Origin: an uncultured Hyphomicrobiales bacterium
Lineage (GTDB): Bacteria; Bacteroidota; Ignavibacteria; Kapaibacteriales; UBA2268
NCBI GenBank assembly: GCA_964473465.1
Contig: CAYYPE010000011.1
Location: forward strand, 555-64,554
Reading direction: 5' to 3'
Length of the DNA: 64,000 bases
The notes beneath the pieces were generated by a model that did no database searches, was not told the origin of the DNA, and saw only the letters and a program-made list of their open reading frames with translations. Position numbers and translations under genes: made by a program. This document shows, one piece after another, positions 48,005 through 59,157 of the stretch. How positions within the stretch are numbered: position 1 is the first letter of the stretch; the number at the start of each line of letters is the position of its first letter.

Positions 48005-50962
48005 TTATTTTCCGATAAAAACAGGATGGATTTCTTTTGTTCCGTCTGATAATTCAAGGCTAATATAATAAAGACCATTAGAAACCAACATTCCGGCGTG
48101 ATTTTCACCTTTCCATCTATCGCAATAAGCTATATTTGGCATTCTTAAAACATTTTTTACCGGTTCGGCTACCAATCTGTTATTTTGATCATAAATTTTG
48201 ATTGATAAATTTGATTCTTTTTTCAGTATATAAACAATTTCTAATTCTTCTGCTGGCGGTTCAAAAGGATTTGGAGCCACCATTATTATAAATTTTGGTT
48301 TTGAATTCAGTAGAGTTGTGTCCTTTTGCAAACACGAATTCTCGCAACAAAATCGAAATATCAAGTCATCGGGATAATCACTTCGAGCTTGCCAGATATA
48401 TTTTTCGTCATCAATTGATTTTTTTGCTACCTGATTGTAAGTTTGTCCATAATCATTCGAAACAAGAATCGAAACGCTATCACAAGGAAACTCTATATCA
48501 TTTTTGTCCCAGAAAAATTTATAATCACAACATAATTCATTGTTTGGTTCTAATTGAACTGGAAATTGTGCTGGTAAAAGTGAAGAACTTATAGTGTCAG
48601 AAATAATTGTGATATTACTGCTTTTTGCAACAATTCTTATAAATAAGTTATTATTTTTAGTATTGCTGGAGCAATCAAAAATATCAAGACAAGGAATGTT
48701 GATTTGATTCTCAAACAAGCCATCGGAGTCCATCAGCAATCTTTGAAAACTTATCCAGTTTAAGCTGTCAATAGAATATTCAATATTTGCAGAATCTATA
48801 CATTGATGTGTTCCGTTCAACATAATTGACTGACCTGAAACTATAGGCTTCGTTCCGAAATCATTCAATGTAACAAAAGGGGTAGATATTTTAATTAACG
48901 AGGAGGAATCATTTATTACGTTGGCATGATCAGCTCTATAAACGATTAATTTTCCTTCTTTGCCAATTAGTAATTCATTAACTTTATAATCATATGAACC
49001 GAAATCACCGGAGTTATCAATATTTTCAGCGATTTCAATCATTTTATTGATAGGTTTACCATCACTATATTCCTGAAATCCAATATTTACTTTCCCATAA
49101 TTTCTGATTATATTTTTCCATCTGATTTGAATTATATCACCGTTGCAATAAACTGCAGGGCGGTCATCTGTATATTTTGGAGCAGTTAGCTGGATTGTAT
49201 TTTTATTAATGGAGCCAATAACATATAATTTACTAAATGTAGTTACAATCAGGTCGTTAAAACCATCCCCTTCAATATCAGCGACAGCTACGTCGGCAAT
49301 AGTCTCATTAGGAAAATCGGTTGAAAAAACAGTTGAAAAGGGTTTTCCAGAACGAAAATCATTACTAAAATAATCATTCATACGAAGAACCTTCAGATTA
49401 GATCCATCTACTATGACTATCTCATCTTTTTGATCAGAAGCACCATCCAGATCATTAACAACTGCAACCCATCCATTGATTTTTTGCGTGGCAATTGTGT
49501 CGAATGGCAATAGATAAGAATCTGGAGGGGTGGTTTTTGGTATTCTGTTCTGACTGTTATATCTTAAAACCAATAACTTGTTACCAGCCACAGACAGTTT
49601 TGGGGAACTATATGTAACTATTAATTCATTGCCTTTATTATTTGGATAATAAGGAAGCCAGCTATTATTGGCATTTCCGTCCACGTTTCCTTTAGCAATT
49701 GACCAGTAATGATTTTTAAACCCGATTAATGGAGGATTTAAATTTTGTGGTTGATAAGAATTAGTTAAGATGTTTCCCTGACTGTCGCAAAGGTAAATTT
49801 TTGGGACTCCAATGGAACTATCAAGTCCAGTGTATTCCTCTAACAATAAAATAAAACTGCTATCAGTATTTTTTGATTGATCTTTAATATCCAGATAGTA
49901 AGTTCTTATTTGGGGTCTTTTAGATAAAGTGTCCAGAAGTGAACTTAGATCTTTGGGACCAATATCCCTTCCGATTTTTGAACTGGTAATATCTGCAGAC
50001 ATTAAATAAGGTTTATTGGCTGATGTCGAGTCATTTAATAAAATTTTATTACCAACTTTTTCATTTATATCAGGAGATGGAAAGTTTGGGAATAGCAAAG
50101 CTGTTTTGATATTTCCAATATTAGTCATAGAAGGCTGGTCGAAGTTTACTTCCGGACCAACTAAAAATCTTGTCGTCGTATCATCCCCGATATCAGGCAT
50201 TGGATAATTATATAAATCAAGACTTGTATTGAATTGTAATAAACCTCTCAGAAATTTATTTTCCGTAAGTGGTGTAAAATTCAAATCAGGTTTTGACATA
50301 TTAATTATTCCGTAAATAATCAGATTTGAACCGGATTTCTTTCCAAAAATCGGTTTTAGACCTGCAAATGTATTTGGTTTATACTTCCTCAAATCCACTG
50401 CTAACCTCCTGATAATAGCTATGGAATCGGCAAATTGATCGAAGCCTGCTATATAGCAGTAAACAAGAGAATCTCTGATATTTTCGAATTCCATTGTTTC
50501 AATTCCAAGAACAAGTGGAGCAGTAACATTATAGCTTAAACCAAAGGATAGAGTATCGAAAAGCACAGAAACATCTTTGATATAAGGTATAGGAAATGAA
50601 TTCTCGGTTCGTTCCCTTCCCATTGCATCAACAACAAGAATTTTTCCTGAGACTACCGCAGTAATCTCATTTGGAGCGTATAAATAGTCAGAATGAATTT
50701 TAGGATTATTAATAATATTACCAATCAATGGTTTCAAATTGCCATGAATTTTTGCATTTGCCCACTTAATTTTGAATTGACTGACATCCTGATTTTTCGA
50801 AGGGTAAATTTGTTGCCTTGTAGCTTGTGGATTTTGTTCTGGATATAACCTGTTAGCAGGGCTTGAATGAAAAACCTGCGAATAACTGTTTGATGTAGTA
50901 ATGAACAGAAAAATTCCTAAAATAAAAAGAAAAAATGGATTTATATTTTTAGTCATATCCAA
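48005..50962 (-). CDS. T9SS-secreted surface protein (FG-GAP-like repeat, Cys-rich C-terminal module, type-A Por CTD)
   Basis: 985 aa with a signal peptide. VAVADIEGDGFNDLIVTT is an FG-GAP-like motif. The C-terminal CTD is VAPNPFEPPAEELEIVYIL…NGLYYISLELSDG. Confidence 0.7.
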   Translation of the reverse strand: MDMTKNINPFFLFILGIFLFITTSNSYSQVFHSSPANRLYPEQNPQATRQQIYPSKNQDVSQFKIKWANAKIHGNLKPLIGNIINNPKIHSDYLYAPNEITAVVSGKILVVDAMGRERTENSFPIPYIKDVSVLFDTLSFGLSYNVTAPLVLGIETMEFENIRDSLVYCYIAGFDQFADSIAIIRRLAVDLRKYKPNTFAGLKPIFGKKSGSNLIIYGIINMSKPDLNFTPLTENKFLRGLLQFNTSLDLYNYPMPDIGDDTTTRFLVGPEVNFDQPSMTNIGNIKTALLFPNFPSPDINEKVGNKILLNDSTSANKPYLMSADITSSKIGRDIGPKDLSSLLDTLSKRPQIRTYYLDIKDQSKNTDSSFILLLEEYTGLDSSIGVPKIYLCDSQGNILTNSYQPQNLNPPLIGFKNHYWSIAKGNVDGNANNSWLPYYPNNKGNELIVTYSSPKLSVAGNKLLVLRYNSQNRIPKTTPPDSYLLPFDTIATQKINGWVAVVNDLDGASDQKDEIVIVDGSNLKVLRMNDYFSNDFRSGKPFSTVFSTDFPNETIADVAVADIEGDGFNDLIVTTFSKLYVIGSINKNTIQLTAPKYTDDRPAVYCNGDIIQIRWKNIIRNYGKVNIGFQEYSDGKPINKMIEIAENIDNSGDFGSYDYKVNELLIGKEGKLIVYRADHANVINDSSSLIKISTPFVTLNDFGTKPIVSGQSIMLNGTHQCIDSANIEYSIDSLNWISFQRLLMDSDGLFENQINIPCLDIFDCSSNTKNNNLFIRIVAKSSNITIISDTISSSLLPAQFPVQLEPNNELCCDYKFFWDKNDIEFPCDSVSILVSNDYGQTYNQVAKKSIDDEKYIWQARSDYPDDLIFRFCCENSCLQKDTTLLNSKPKFIIMVAPNPFEPPAEELEIVYILKKESNLSIKIYDQNNRLVAEPVKNVLRMPNIAYCDRWKGENHAGMLVSNGLYYISLELSDGTKEIHPVFIGK

Positions 50963-51187
50963 ATAATAATAATTATGAATAAATTCAACTCTTTAAATTA
51001 GCATAAATTATACCAAAAGTAAAAGATTCATTATCAAAAAATTTTATGAATTATTATCCTATTTGTTTAAAAAGAAAAAATTAATACCTGATATGATTTG
51101 TTAATTATAATTAGAAAAAGGCGATTAATTAAATTAAAAAAAATTGTAATTTAGTAGAAAAATCAGTAAAAATCTCAGAGGTTAATT

Positions 51188-52147
51188 ATGAAAAGGATAG
51201 CAGTATTAACCAGTGGTGGTGATGCACCCGGAATGAATGCAAACGTAAGAGCAGTCGTTAGAGCTGGCAGACATTATGGTCTGGAAGTATATGGAGTTAT
51301 TGGAGGATATTCTGGCTTGATTGAAGGGAATTTTATCAAACTCGATACAGCTCAAACAGCTAATATTATCTCAAAGGGTGGCACGATTCTTAAAACCAGT
51401 CGCTCAAAAGAGTTTATGCAAGCCGGTGGCAGGATGGCTGCATTAAATAAACTTAGAAATGCTGGTATTGATGGGCTTGTTACCTGTGGCGGAGATGGAA
51501 CATTTCATGGGGCTCATGCTCTTTGGGTTGAACATAAGTTTCCTGTTGTTGGAACTCCAGGAACAATAGATAATGATCTATTCGGAACTGAATATACAAT
51601 CGGATATGATACTGCCATAAATACATGTGCTGAGGCAATTGATAAAATAAGAGATACTGCAGAATCTCATGGAAGGGTCTTTATTATTGAGGTAATGGGG
51701 AGGCATGCCGGATTCATTGCTATGGATGTTGGCGTTTCCTGCGGTGCTGAATTTATCGCGGTTCCGGAAACTGTTACAAATACTGATATTCTTTACCAGA
51801 GAATTCTGGAAAATGGAAAAAATAAACGAACAATAGTTATCGTTGGAGAAGGCGATGAGCTTGGAGATGCTCATCAGCTAAGTTTAATCCTGAAAGAAAA
51901 ATATGACATAGCCTCCCATGTAACCATTTTGGGTCATATTCAACGTGGAGGAAGCCCGACCGTCAGGGACAGAGTTCTTGCAAGCCGTCTGGGGGTTGAA
52001 GCAGTCAAAGCTCTATTAGATGGAAAAACTGATGTAATGGTTGGAGAAATCAATAATCAAATAGTCCTCACTCCATTCGAAGAAACATGGATGAGGAAAA
52101 AACCTCTCAGAGATTATCTGATTGAACTTTCCGATATACTCGTTTAG
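51188..52147 (+). CDS. pfkA: ATP-dependent 6-phosphofructokinase
   Basis: MKRIAVLTSGGDAPGMNA…GGDGT…PGTIDND…MGR are canonical PfkA motifs. Confidence 0.95.
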   Translation: MKRIAVLTSGGDAPGMNANVRAVVRAGRHYGLEVYGVIGGYSGLIEGNFIKLDTAQTANIISKGGTILKTSRSKEFMQAGGRMAALNKLRNAGIDGLVTCGGDGTFHGAHALWVEHKFPVVGTPGTIDNDLFGTEYTIGYDTAINTCAEAIDKIRDTAESHGRVFIIEVMGRHAGFIAMDVGVSCGAEFIAVPETVTNTDILYQRILENGKNKRTIVIVGEGDELGDAHQLSLILKEKYDIASHVTILGHIQRGGSPTVRDRVLASRLGVEAVKALLDGKTDVMVGEINNQIVLTPFEETWMRKKPLRDYLIELSDILV

Positions 52148-52153
52148 CTCTGA

Positions 52154-53986
52154 CTATTCAACTGTAACACTTTTAGCCAGATTTCTCGGTTGATCTACAT
52201 TGCAGCCAAGTTCAACAGCTATATAATAAGCAAGTAATTGAAGTGGTATAACCGAGAGAATTGGAGTAAGCATAGGCAGTGTTTCGGGAATATAGATCAC
52301 ATGATTAGCATATTCCTTAATTTGCTCATCTCCTTCAGTTGCAATAGCAATCACCTTTCCTTTTCGAGCTTTTACTTCTTCAATATTTGAAATTACTTTG
52401 TCGTAAATTTCATCCTTAGTTGCAATGAAAACAACAGGCATATTTTCATCAATCAAGGCAATCGGACCATGCTTCATTTCTGCAGCGGGATAGCCTTCGG
52501 CATGAATATAGGAAATTTCTTTAAGTTTGAGGGCTCCTTCCAAAGCAACAGGGAAATTATAACCCCTTCCGAGATAAAGAAAGTTCCTGGCTTTGCAATA
52601 TTCCTTTGCAATGGCTTTAATTTCATCTGCGGTATTGAGAACCTCTTCGATTTTTTTTGGTAATTCACTGAGAGCTTTCGTAATTTTTAAGCCGTCGGGG
52701 AGTGTGATACCTCTCATCCTGCCTATATAAATCGCTATGAGTATCAATACGGTTAACTGAGACGTAAAAGCCTTGGTTGAGGCAACTCCAATTTCAGGTC
52801 CTGCGTGGATATAAACCCCTGCATCGGTATCACGGGCAATTGAACTACCAACAACATTTACAACACCTAATACAGTAGCCGATTTTTTCTTAGCCTCTCT
52901 TAAAGCTGCTAATGTGTCGGCTGTTTCCCCGCTTTGTGAGATTGCAATAACGACATCATCAGGATATATCACAGGATTTCGATATCTGAATTCCGAAGCA
53001 TATTCAACTTCAACAGAAATATTACATAAATTCTCGATAATATACTCACCAACAAGAGCCGAATGCCACGAAGTTCCGCAAGCAGTAAAAATTATTCTTT
53101 TGGCATTTTTTAATACATCTGCAACGGGTCTAAGTCCACCTAACCTCACAGTGCCTTCATTAACCTGCAATCTGCCCCTGAAAGCATCCTGAACTGTTTG
53201 TGGCTGTTCGTAAATCTCTTTCAACATAAAATGCTCAAAGCCGCCCTTTTCAATCTGACTGATGTCAAAATCAATATGTTGAATTTCATTATTAGTGATT
53301 TCATTATCTATTGTTTTTGTTCTGATGCCATCATATGATATTGTAATCATCTCATTATCAGAAAGGTAAATCACATTTCTTGTGTGTTTAATAATTGCAG
53401 AGGTATCTGATGCAAGGATAAATTCGTTTTCACCTACACCGCAAACCATAGGACTACCACGTCTTGCGGCTATTATTTTGTCAGGTTCATAAGTAGATAA
53501 AACAACCAGACCAAAGGTTCCGTCAACTTCTGATAATGCCAGCCGAACAGATTCCTCTAAATCATGAACTTTGTCATAAATATAGCTGATGAAAACAGCT
53601 AATATTTCTGAGTCAGTTTCTGAACGGAAGAAATAACCTTTGTCCGAGAGGTTCTTCTTTATTGCTTTGTAATTTTCAATAATCCCGTTGTGAACTATGA
53701 CAATATTGCCTGAATTATCAGAGTGAGGATGAGCATTAATATCATTAGGTTCGCCGTGTGTAGCCCATCTTGTATGTGCTATTCCAATATTTGCTTTTAA
53801 GTCATTACCTTCAAGTAATGTTTTTAAATCTGCGACCTTGCCTGCTTTTTTACGGGTAAATAACTGGTTGTTCTCAAGAACTGTTATACCAGCTGAATCA
53901 TACCCCCTGTATTCAAGTCTTTCGAGTCCATCAATTAAAACGTTTATTGCTTTATTTCTTCCGATATATCCAACTATTCCACACAT
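52154..53986 (-). CDS. glmS: Glutamine--fructose-6-phosphate aminotransferase
   Basis: 610 aa. It begins MCGIVGYIG, with Cys2 as the glutaminase nucleophile, carries two SIS domains, and ends …VTVE. Its stop lies 6 nt from the pfkA stop, convergently. Confidence 0.97.
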   Translation of the reverse strand: MCGIVGYIGRNKAINVLIDGLERLEYRGYDSAGITVLENNQLFTRKKAGKVADLKTLLEGNDLKANIGIAHTRWATHGEPNDINAHPHSDNSGNIVIVHNGIIENYKAIKKNLSDKGYFFRSETDSEILAVFISYIYDKVHDLEESVRLALSEVDGTFGLVVLSTYEPDKIIAARRGSPMVCGVGENEFILASDTSAIIKHTRNVIYLSDNEMITISYDGIRTKTIDNEITNNEIQHIDFDISQIEKGGFEHFMLKEIYEQPQTVQDAFRGRLQVNEGTVRLGGLRPVADVLKNAKRIIFTACGTSWHSALVGEYIIENLCNISVEVEYASEFRYRNPVIYPDDVVIAISQSGETADTLAALREAKKKSATVLGVVNVVGSSIARDTDAGVYIHAGPEIGVASTKAFTSQLTVLILIAIYIGRMRGITLPDGLKITKALSELPKKIEEVLNTADEIKAIAKEYCKARNFLYLGRGYNFPVALEGALKLKEISYIHAEGYPAAEMKHGPIALIDENMPVVFIATKDEIYDKVISNIEEVKARKGKVIAIATEGDEQIKEYANHVIYIPETLPMLTPILSVIPLQLLAYYIAVELGCNVDQPRNLAKSVTVE

Positions 53987-54063
53987 GTGTAAGTTTATTT
54001 TATTGAAAATAATTAAATTGAGTTCTACGAAATAGTAAATTTATTAGTTTATCACCAAAAAAT

Positions 54064-55929
54064 ATGATTGAAAGGATTAGTCAAATTCCTGTACTTAGAA
54101 TAATTATTCTTTGTACTATAGGCTATTTCATTTCAACATTATTAGCATTACCATCCAAATATATTTTTTATATATTAATTTCCAGTTTGATTGTTGGAAT
54201 AACGCTTTTATATTTTAAGCAAAATTTCCTTTCATTAATTATCATTTGTTTCTCGATTGGATTTTGGTTTGCCAATCAGATAGAAAACATAAAATCACCA
54301 GCACCAGATAAAATTATCGGCGAATTCCCGGCTATATTTGATGGAAAAATCTCAGAAATATTAAGATATGATTCAAACAAAGCAAGAATTATACTCAAAG
54401 GCAATATTGATACAAAATTTCTTCCTGAGATTAAAAGAACAAGTATTCTGCTCAATATTTATGGTGATAAAACAGGTGAGTATAATCTTAAAAATGGATA
54501 TGTCATAACGGCGAAACTCAATGCGAGATTACCATCTAAGAGAATTCTGAAAGAAGATTTTGATGAAGCTCTTTACTGTTCATCTCTGGGAGTTCAGTGG
54601 GTCGGCAGAGCCCGAATTCAGGATATTTCAATAGTTGATATACAGGAGGAAAATGATTTTTTTAAAGACATAAAAGAAAAAATAAGCAATAAAATTTCCA
54701 TTCTTTTCAGGGATAATCCCGAAGCAGTTATTAATGCAATGATTCTTGGTGATAAATCCCTTATAAGCAATGAATTGAAGGAAGTTTTCTCATTATCGGG
54801 AACAGCCCATTTACTCGCTGTTAGTGGTTTGCATGTAGGAATTATAGCTTTTTTTATATTTTTTCTATTGTCTTTTATCAGGCAAAAATGGCTTAAATTT
54901 ATTATATTTTCTGTTCTGACAATAAGCTATGTTATCATTTCAGGGATGCATGAATCAGCTATCAGAGCAGGTTTTATGAGCATTCTTGTGGTTTTTCTTA
55001 TTACAATTGAAAGACAAATATATCCATTAAATTTAATGTTATTTGTCTTTTTTATTCTTGTTATAATCAAACCTTCGTTTATCTATTCTGCTGGATTTCA
55101 GATGTCTTTTGCTGCTATAGGAGGGATTATCCTTTTTTTTAAAGCTATAAAAAATTTTTTTGATAGATTAATTAAATCCGAAAATAAATTAATTAATAAA
55201 ATTTTATCATCATTTGCCTTAACTATTTCTGCTTCGATTATTGTATCACCAATTGTAGCCTACTATTTCGGTGTCTATTCAGTTGTTTCACCAATTTCAA
55301 ATTTAGTAGTAGTTCCACTTATGAGTTTGTCATTGATATTCGGAGTAATATCTATTGCTTTGTCTTTTATCAACATACAAATCGCAGAAATATATGCTTT
55401 AACGACGACTTTCCTGTTGAATTTATCAGAAGAAATCAATAGGTTTTCAATTTCATTGCTATTTGCTTATTGGAAGAATCTCGAGAACTTTTGGATGATT
55501 GCATTACTTTCCCTGATTACGCTTTATCTTATTTCTTGCAGGAATATAAAACAGTTCGTTTTCAGGTTAGTTGTTTCGGTATTAATTTTCTTATTTTCTT
55601 ACTATTTAATATTGCCAGAGGCGGAGTTCAAAATAATTCCAAGAGATAAATATGTCCTTTTGATATCAGATGATTTGTATCAGGAAAAAATTGTAATTAT
55701 CATTGACAGAAAACCTCATCAGAAATATGCTTATGATTCCGGGTTGACAAAATATATTAGGTCTTCCGACAAGGATTTTATTATTGCACATAATGGACTT
55801 GCAGGGTCTTCAATCATTGATAAAATAAAAAAAATTAAACATGTCAAAACGATAGAATTAAATAATCAGGATGTAAGATTGATTAAAAAAATACTAAACC
55901 TGAATGAACATATTCCCAAATTAATTTGA
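54064..55929 (+). CDS. comEC: ComEC/Rec2 family DNA internalisation channel protein (no C-terminal metallo-beta-lactamase domain)
   Basis: DUF4131-like N-terminus plus the competence domain, with the hallmark LSGTAHLLAVSGLHVGIIAFF. Confidence 0.88.
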   Translation: MIERISQIPVLRIIILCTIGYFISTLLALPSKYIFYILISSLIVGITLLYFKQNFLSLIIICFSIGFWFANQIENIKSPAPDKIIGEFPAIFDGKISEILRYDSNKARIILKGNIDTKFLPEIKRTSILLNIYGDKTGEYNLKNGYVITAKLNARLPSKRILKEDFDEALYCSSLGVQWVGRARIQDISIVDIQEENDFFKDIKEKISNKISILFRDNPEAVINAMILGDKSLISNELKEVFSLSGTAHLLAVSGLHVGIIAFFIFFLLSFIRQKWLKFIIFSVLTISYVIISGMHESAIRAGFMSILVVFLITIERQIYPLNLMLFVFFILVIIKPSFIYSAGFQMSFAAIGGIILFFKAIKNFFDRLIKSENKLINKILSSFALTISASIIVSPIVAYYFGVYSVVSPISNLVVVPLMSLSLIFGVISIALSFINIQIAEIYALTTTFLLNLSEEINRFSISLLFAYWKNLENFWMIALLSLITLYLISCRNIKQFVFRLVVSVLIFLFSYYLILPEAEFKIIPRDKYVLLISDDLYQEKIVIIIDRKPHQKYAYDSGLTKYIRSSDKDFIIAHNGLAGSSIIDKIKKIKHVKTIELNNQDVRLIKKILNLNEHIPKLI

Positions 55930-55930
55930 A

Positions 55931-56665
55931 TTGAAAATGAACAGTGTTGAAATAATAAAACCAGATATATTTCCTGAAGACATAATAATTTCAGGTGTAA
56001 CCAAAAGGAACCTTGAGTTATTTCCACCTCGGGGATTTACCCTAAGCCATGTCGGAATTTCAGAGGAAGAATTCAAAAAAAATCTGCTTGTATTTTCGAA
56101 CTTTATCGGTGTTGAGGTTTCAAATCTTCGTTTCAATCACCAAATTCATAGCGACAGAATTGTTATTGCTGAATACACTCAAAAGATTGAAGCTGCAGAT
56201 GCTTTAATTACAAACAAGAAGAATTTTGTCTTATTTGTGAAAATTGCTGACTGTGGAGGAGTTTTGATTTATGAACCTAATGTTCAATGTATTGCAGCAA
56301 TTCACTCAGGTTGGAAAGGGTCAAAAGAAAATATTGTTGGAAAAACTATAAAAATGCTACAAAAACAATATCAAGCCCAGCCATCTTCTATGATGGTATA
56401 TTTATCACCGATGGCGTCAGCAAAAAATTACGAAGTCGGGGTCGAATTCTTGCAATTCTTCCCATCGGAAGTTATTTATAAGATTGATAATAAACTTTAT
56501 TATGATAATCAAAAGATGATACTTCATCAATTGAATGATGCTGGGGTTAAACCCGAAAACATAGAATGTTCAAATCTTTGCACAATTGATAATATTGATT
56601 TACATTCTTATAGAAGGGATAAAGAAAATTCTGGCAGGATGGCTGCTTTTATATGCATGAAATAG
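55931..56665 (+). CDS. pgeF: Peptidoglycan editing factor PgeF / YfiH (DUF152 purine-nucleoside phosphorylase/laccase-like)
   Basis: 244 aa. …KIADCGGVLIYEP…AAIHSGWKGS… matches the YfiH His/Cys/His motifs. The start lies 2 nt after the comEC stop. Confidence 0.85.
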   Translation: MKMNSVEIIKPDIFPEDIIISGVTKRNLELFPPRGFTLSHVGISEEEFKKNLLVFSNFIGVEVSNLRFNHQIHSDRIVIAEYTQKIEAADALITNKKNFVLFVKIADCGGVLIYEPNVQCIAAIHSGWKGSKENIVGKTIKMLQKQYQAQPSSMMVYLSPMASAKNYEVGVEFLQFFPSEVIYKIDNKLYYDNQKMILHQLNDAGVKPENIECSNLCTIDNIDLHSYRRDKENSGRMAAFICMK

Positions 56666-56670
56666 AATAT

Positions 56671-59145
56671 TTATCTTGGTTTAAATAAAATTTTTAATAT
56701 AAACTCCTTGTCTGGTTTGGGGTTTGTTCCTATTCTGATGAAACCTCCATTGAGCCAGAGTTGAACCTGATTAAGGAAGTTAGGACTGACAGGGTCGCCA
56801 GAGCTTCCACCGGGCAAAATAAAATAAATATAATTTTCTTCCATGTCTGTGATAAATCTCATCGAAGCCCCAAAATTGATATCCTTTGGATTTGAAATAT
56901 TTCCAGAAAGTACGTTGATTGTGCTAAAATCGCCGCCTAATTGGAAAGGACCAATTTCAAGAGTTGGTTTCAAAAGCAAGTTACCGCTTAAAAAATGTTT
57001 TAAAATGAGCTGATGATTTTCTCCATACTTCCATAAATTTGGATTGTCGGAATCATAAAGTGCTTTCAATGCTTCTATGGCTTCATTATAACTAATCATT
57101 ATTATTTGCTCTTTATTTTCGACAGGTTTTGTTCTCTTATCGTCAAACCAATGCAAGGTCGAATCAGTTGCTCTTAATAATTCAAGAATTTTACCCGCAG
57201 GAAAGGCAGAAAATGAAGTGTAGTCATAAAAGAGATTTTCCTTTAGCTCATCAGAAAAAGTATTATAAATCACTTTTTCAAAAAATTTTGTATATATGCT
57301 GGCAGATGTGCTAATAGGTGAAAGAATAAGATCCCATTTTTTTAATTTATTTAATCCTTCTTTTTCGGTTACATTAAGAAACTTATAATTTCTCTCGAGG
57401 TATGGAATTGTTAGCTCAAGAAATTCTTTGGCATAAAGAGATAGTAAATCCATTTGCATGATTTGAGCATCTCTTGCATAATATTCCTTGTGCTGAGTAA
57501 GTATTTCGCTTATTCTTTCAGCACGTTTATTCAATCCATAATAACTCGAGAAATAAGATAAATAATTAAAATCCATTTTGTTATTGGCTGCAACAACAAA
57601 TTTATTTTGGGGGTTAAAATACGAAGGAACTGACTCGTTGGATAATTCTGCTGACCATGTTTTTCCTTGCTTCCATCCTTCATTTATGAAAACTGGATTT
57701 GTTAAGTTTCTTGAAGGAAGTTTGACAGCTGATTTTAGACCATAATTTCCCTGCTTATCTGCATAAGAGAAAATAATTCCAGGAGTAGCCCATAGTGACA
57801 ATGCATTTTCAAATTCATTTTTATTTTTTGCCTTATTTACTAAATACATAGCTTTGAATTCGTTACTTGGATATTGTCCTGTCCATGAAAATGAAATACA
57901 ATTAGACCAGAAAAGGTTCTTTGGTTCAAATTTCGCATAAGCGTCAGAGATTACAGCAGATCTTTCTGTTTCCCTAAGGTAGTATTTCAAAGATTCCTCT
58001 CCTCTAATTTTAATAGTATCTTTAAGGTAGTTGAAAGCTTTTTTTACTCCATTTAAATAATAATAGTCACTATCAGCTGAATCTACCATTTCAACAAAAA
58101 AATCACAATCATCAACCATTGATGATGTCATACCCCAAGAGATAAAATCGTTTCGTCCAACCAGAACCAAAGGCATTCCGGGAATTGACATACCGGTAAC
58201 ATTAAAACTCGGGCAGGTAACATGAATTTGATACCAATATGAAGGAAGCCCAAGTTTCAAATGAGGGTCATTTGCCAGAATCAAATTATTGTTTATACTG
58301 TCAATTTTTCTTGTAACCCATGTATTGCTGCCCCCAGCTAATACCTCTTTGTTTAATATTTTATCTTTTTTCTTGAGTGTCAAAGAAATGTCAGACAGCA
58401 ATTCAGCTAAATGCTTAGAAAATGATGTATTATTTGACTGATTGCTATTCACTTTTTGGCTTTGATTAATTGTTTTAGCTATTGATGTATCATTATTCTT
58501 CAATATTTCAAAATTTGGAATCAATTCCTGAGCCTCTTTCATTCCAAGCCGTAATGCAATCTGGCTCATTGTTATATCCATAGAAAAAGCAACACTTTGT
58601 TCAAAAGCAAGAAATCTTTGAACAATAATCGAATGAATCGGTTCCCATTTTTCGGGCACAAAGTTTAAGGTATTAAATTCGAGTGGTAATTTATTTTTGT
58701 TTTCTTCAATAAAATAATTAACACCTTCAGAATATGATTGAAGCATTAGCCTTGTGTCTTTGTCCATCTGAGACCAAATTTTTTTAGCTATTTTTTTGAA
58801 TTGCATTAAGCGATAAAACCTGTCAATATCGAGTTTATCAGGACCTAATAATTCAGCGAGAGAACCTTGTGAAATTCTTCGATACAATTCCATCTGCCAG
58901 AGACGGTCAAGAGCATGTTGATAGCCCATCATAAAAAAAACATCTCTCTCATTTTTGGCTATGATATGTGGAATTCCATATTGATTGGTATAGACTTTTA
59001 TTGTATCTTTGATGTTACTTACCTTTTCTTCGATATAATCTGAGGGAAGGGATATATATGCTAATTTTATCGCAAAGAAAAAAAAGGCTGCAAATATAAC
59101 AGCCAAACTTAGCAATAAAATCAGAAAACGTTTCAGCCTGAACAT
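56671..59145 (-). CDS. Penicillin acylase / AHL-acylase family Ntn-hydrolase (S45), membrane-anchored or secreted
   Basis: 824 aa. N-terminal hydrophobic segment, then YGIPHIIAKNERDVFFMMGYQHALDRLWQMELYRR (the classic S45 N-terminal block), and an SNTW-type region consistent with the nucleophile Ser of the beta-subunit. Confidence 0.88.
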   Translation of the reverse strand: MFRLKRFLILLLSLAVIFAAFFFFAIKLAYISLPSDYIEEKVSNIKDTIKVYTNQYGIPHIIAKNERDVFFMMGYQHALDRLWQMELYRRISQGSLAELLGPDKLDIDRFYRLMQFKKIAKKIWSQMDKDTRLMLQSYSEGVNYFIEENKNKLPLEFNTLNFVPEKWEPIHSIIVQRFLAFEQSVAFSMDITMSQIALRLGMKEAQELIPNFEILKNNDTSIAKTINQSQKVNSNQSNNTSFSKHLAELLSDISLTLKKKDKILNKEVLAGGSNTWVTRKIDSINNNLILANDPHLKLGLPSYWYQIHVTCPSFNVTGMSIPGMPLVLVGRNDFISWGMTSSMVDDCDFFVEMVDSADSDYYYLNGVKKAFNYLKDTIKIRGEESLKYYLRETERSAVISDAYAKFEPKNLFWSNCISFSWTGQYPSNEFKAMYLVNKAKNKNEFENALSLWATPGIIFSYADKQGNYGLKSAVKLPSRNLTNPVFINEGWKQGKTWSAELSNESVPSYFNPQNKFVVAANNKMDFNYLSYFSSYYGLNKRAERISEILTQHKEYYARDAQIMQMDLLSLYAKEFLELTIPYLERNYKFLNVTEKEGLNKLKKWDLILSPISTSASIYTKFFEKVIYNTFSDELKENLFYDYTSFSAFPAGKILELLRATDSTLHWFDDKRTKPVENKEQIIMISYNEAIEALKALYDSDNPNLWKYGENHQLILKHFLSGNLLLKPTLEIGPFQLGGDFSTINVLSGNISNPKDINFGASMRFITDMEENYIYFILPGGSSGDPVSPNFLNQVQLWLNGGFIRIGTNPKPDKEFILKILFKPR

Positions 59146-59157
59146 AGAAAATTTAAT

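Noticed and set aside
53987-54063. glmS ribozyme upstream of glmS.
   Set aside because: The 5' leader is only ~77 nt and AT-rich, with no conserved ribozyme core. glmS ribozymes are essentially restricted to Firmicutes and relatives.
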